This document shows positions 24,531-25,814 of a stretch of DNA of 25,814 nucleotides, piece by piece. This DNA is from a virus (lineage: Duplodnaviria > Heunggongvirae > Uroviricota > Caudoviricetes). The translations under genes and the position numbers were made by a program. The DNA lies in IMG/VR virus record IMGVR_UViG_3300038492_000581, positions 1-25,814 of that record; one strand, written 5' to 3'. The notes beneath the pieces are model-generated. The model searched no databases. It saw nothing but the letters and a program-made list of their open reading frames with translations, and was not told the origin of the DNA. Each line of letters begins with the position of its first letter. The first letter of the stretch is position 1.

Positions 24531-25479
24531 TGTTGTGCCCTACAAAGAATGACTCTGCCCAGTTTGTAGCGTCCCTATTTTTTCTAAGGCAGTAGTCTCC
24601 AAAATGAATTGTGTCGGCAAGATTACACATGTGAGCAACTATCTTGCCTTCCAAAGTTTTCATGTTCGAATAAGGGTTGCAGATGTTTTCTAATGCCTGT
24701 TTCTTGGATTCGGGCACATCGATATTCTCATTGCTGTCGGCTTGCAGAAGTACGCCGTGCAATATCCTGAATGATGCACGATACAATCCCGTCATTTCAT
24801 AGGCATCAATCGGTCTAAGTATATTGCCTTCGAAGTATGTAGTTGAGAACCAGCCTATGTTTCTGAAGATGCATCCAGCGACGATTAGAGACTCGTTAAT
24901 CTCGGCATCTACTTCGCCAAAACTTGCAATGGCAGCCTTAGCTGCACGTATTGTGTGAACAGTGTGTATAAGAAGTCCGCCGCGGCAGGCAAGTGGTCCG
25001 TTTAAGCCATAGGGAGATGTGCCAAGCATTACTTCGGCGAGTTCAAGCTGTTCTTCAGCGATTCGAAGAATATCTCTGTAGTCTGGATCATCTATTTCGT
25101 CAATGAATCGGCGGATTTCCTCGACGTAGAATTTGATTTCTGCGGAAGAAGGGCCTCGGACATAGTCCGTTATGTTTTCAGGTTCACCCTTATAAGGTTT
25201 TGCACCTTCTTTCTGTACCGTGAGCTGAAGTTCGCCATTGTATGTGGTAACATCGGCACGCATTCTGACAAATCGTCCGGCAGACATGCTACTGCCGTGT
25301 GGCCGCAGAGTAAGGCCCCATACAACTCCCGAGATTTTACCTGTAACGTCTTGTGCGACGAATCGCACGAATGGAGTTTTGCCTTTGGGTGTAAACGACT
25401 TAGCTTCCGAGATCATGAAGATTTGCTCGAACGTTCTACCCTCGGCAAGTTGATTGATGGGCGTGTATTGATCGATCAA
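24523..25479 (-). CDS. YhaM/Cbf1-like OB-fold + HD-fold protein with lost catalytic residues
   Basis: OB module (PF..F..QD.TG.I....W...V.....DV..Y.G.LQL) followed by GGLLIH and AGCIFRNIG in place of AG.ILHDIG. Likely TTG start at 25479 (TTGA overlap). Confidence 0.75.
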   Translation of the reverse strand: MIDQYTPINQLAEGRTFEQIFMISEAKSFTPKGKTPFVRFVAQDVTGKISGVVWGLTLRPHGSSMSAGRFVRMRADVTTYNGELQLTVQKEGAKPYKGEPENITDYVRGPSSAEIKFYVEEIRRFIDEIDDPDYRDILRIAEEQLELAEVMLGTSPYGLNGPLACRGGLLIHTVHTIRAAKAAIASFGEVDAEINESLIVAGCIFRNIGWFSTTYFEGNILRPIDAYEMTGLYRASFRILHGVLLQADSNENIDVPESKKQALENICNPYSNMKTLEGKIVAHMCNLADTIHFGDYCLRKNRDATNWAESFFVGHNNA

Positions 25480-25661
25480 CGCTGAAACCTTTTCTTGGGC
25501 CCCGAAACACTTCGATTTTCTCGCTGCTTGCACTCAGAACATTTTGCGATTCGTCGCACAATAAGGTCTACTTCTTCGTATGCTCCAATAGATATTCTTT
25601 CGTCGCTACCAAGGTATTTTGCATAACAAGTTTTGCACTCAATTATCTGTACTGTTATCAT
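25476..25661 (-). CDS. Small zinc-ribbon protein
   Basis: CKTC...CSEC, coupled on both sides by 4-nt overlaps. Confidence 0.65.
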   Translation of the reverse strand: MITVQIIECKTCYAKYLGSDERISIGAYEEVDLIVRRIAKCSECKQRENRSVSGPKKRFQR

Positions 25662-25813
25662 GCTTCTGCCCTAATAGTTTCGACGTCACGAGCAATTCTA
25701 CGTTGAATGGTTTGATGGTGATTCATCTCTAAATCTCTTGCCAATTCTCTGTAGCTTTTGCTATATCCATAATGAAGCATCAATAGTTCTGGATATCGAG
25801 AAGAGGCCATGAT
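25658..25813 (-). CDS. C-terminal fragment resembling sigma-70 region 4 HTH (5' end beyond the window)
   Basis: Translated by hand: ...PELLMLHYGYSKSYRELARDLEMNHHQTIQRRIARDVETIRAEA*. Its TGA overlaps the next ATG. Confidence 0.5.
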   Translation of the reverse strand: MMASSRYPELLMLHYGYSKSYRELARDLEMNHHQTIQRRIARDVETIRAEA

Positions 25814-25814
25814 T

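Noticed and set aside
1-25814. Stop-codon reassignment, tRNA genes, CRISPR arrays or DGR repeats
   Set aside because: Known enzymes are full length in code 11 and TAA, TAG and TGA all terminate genes. No intergenic space, cloverleaf, spaced direct repeats or near-identical TR/VR pair was seen by eye.

Overview
This window is a gene-dense fragment that most likely comes from a large (jumbo-type) tailed dsDNA phage, read in standard code 11. Most genes abut or overlap by a few nt. The first 17 nt are a random-amplification primer tag, not genome. The + strand block (to ~12.5 kb) encodes a sugar/nucleotide module (Nudix, CgeB-type glycosyltransferase, HxGH nucleotidyltransferase, GDP-mannose 4,6-dehydratase). 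It also encodes a recombination pair (single-strand annealing protein plus a Whirly-like ssDNA-binding protein), dUTPase, an FAD oxidoreductase, class II ribonucleotide reductase, a cyclic-phosphate receiver protein, ThyX and DUF4031. After a perfect 26-bp palindrome comes a virion-structural block (12.6-19.9 kb) of modular fibre-like proteins, interrupted by a free-standing LAGLIDADG endonuclease and ending in an SGNH esterase and a holin candidate. A converging - strand block encodes a sigma-region-4-like fragment, a catalytically dead YhaM-like protein, family-4 UDG, methionine aminopeptidase, peptide deformylase, PhoH, a lipoprotein candidate and a degenerate RNase H-like protein. The highlights are an intact PDF+MAP N-terminal methionine excision pair, a Whirly-like SSB beside an SSAP, three apparently inactivated nucleases, and a possible virion glycosylation system. 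No tRNA, rRNA or CRISPR array was recognised. All family calls are by motif recognition, without database searches.
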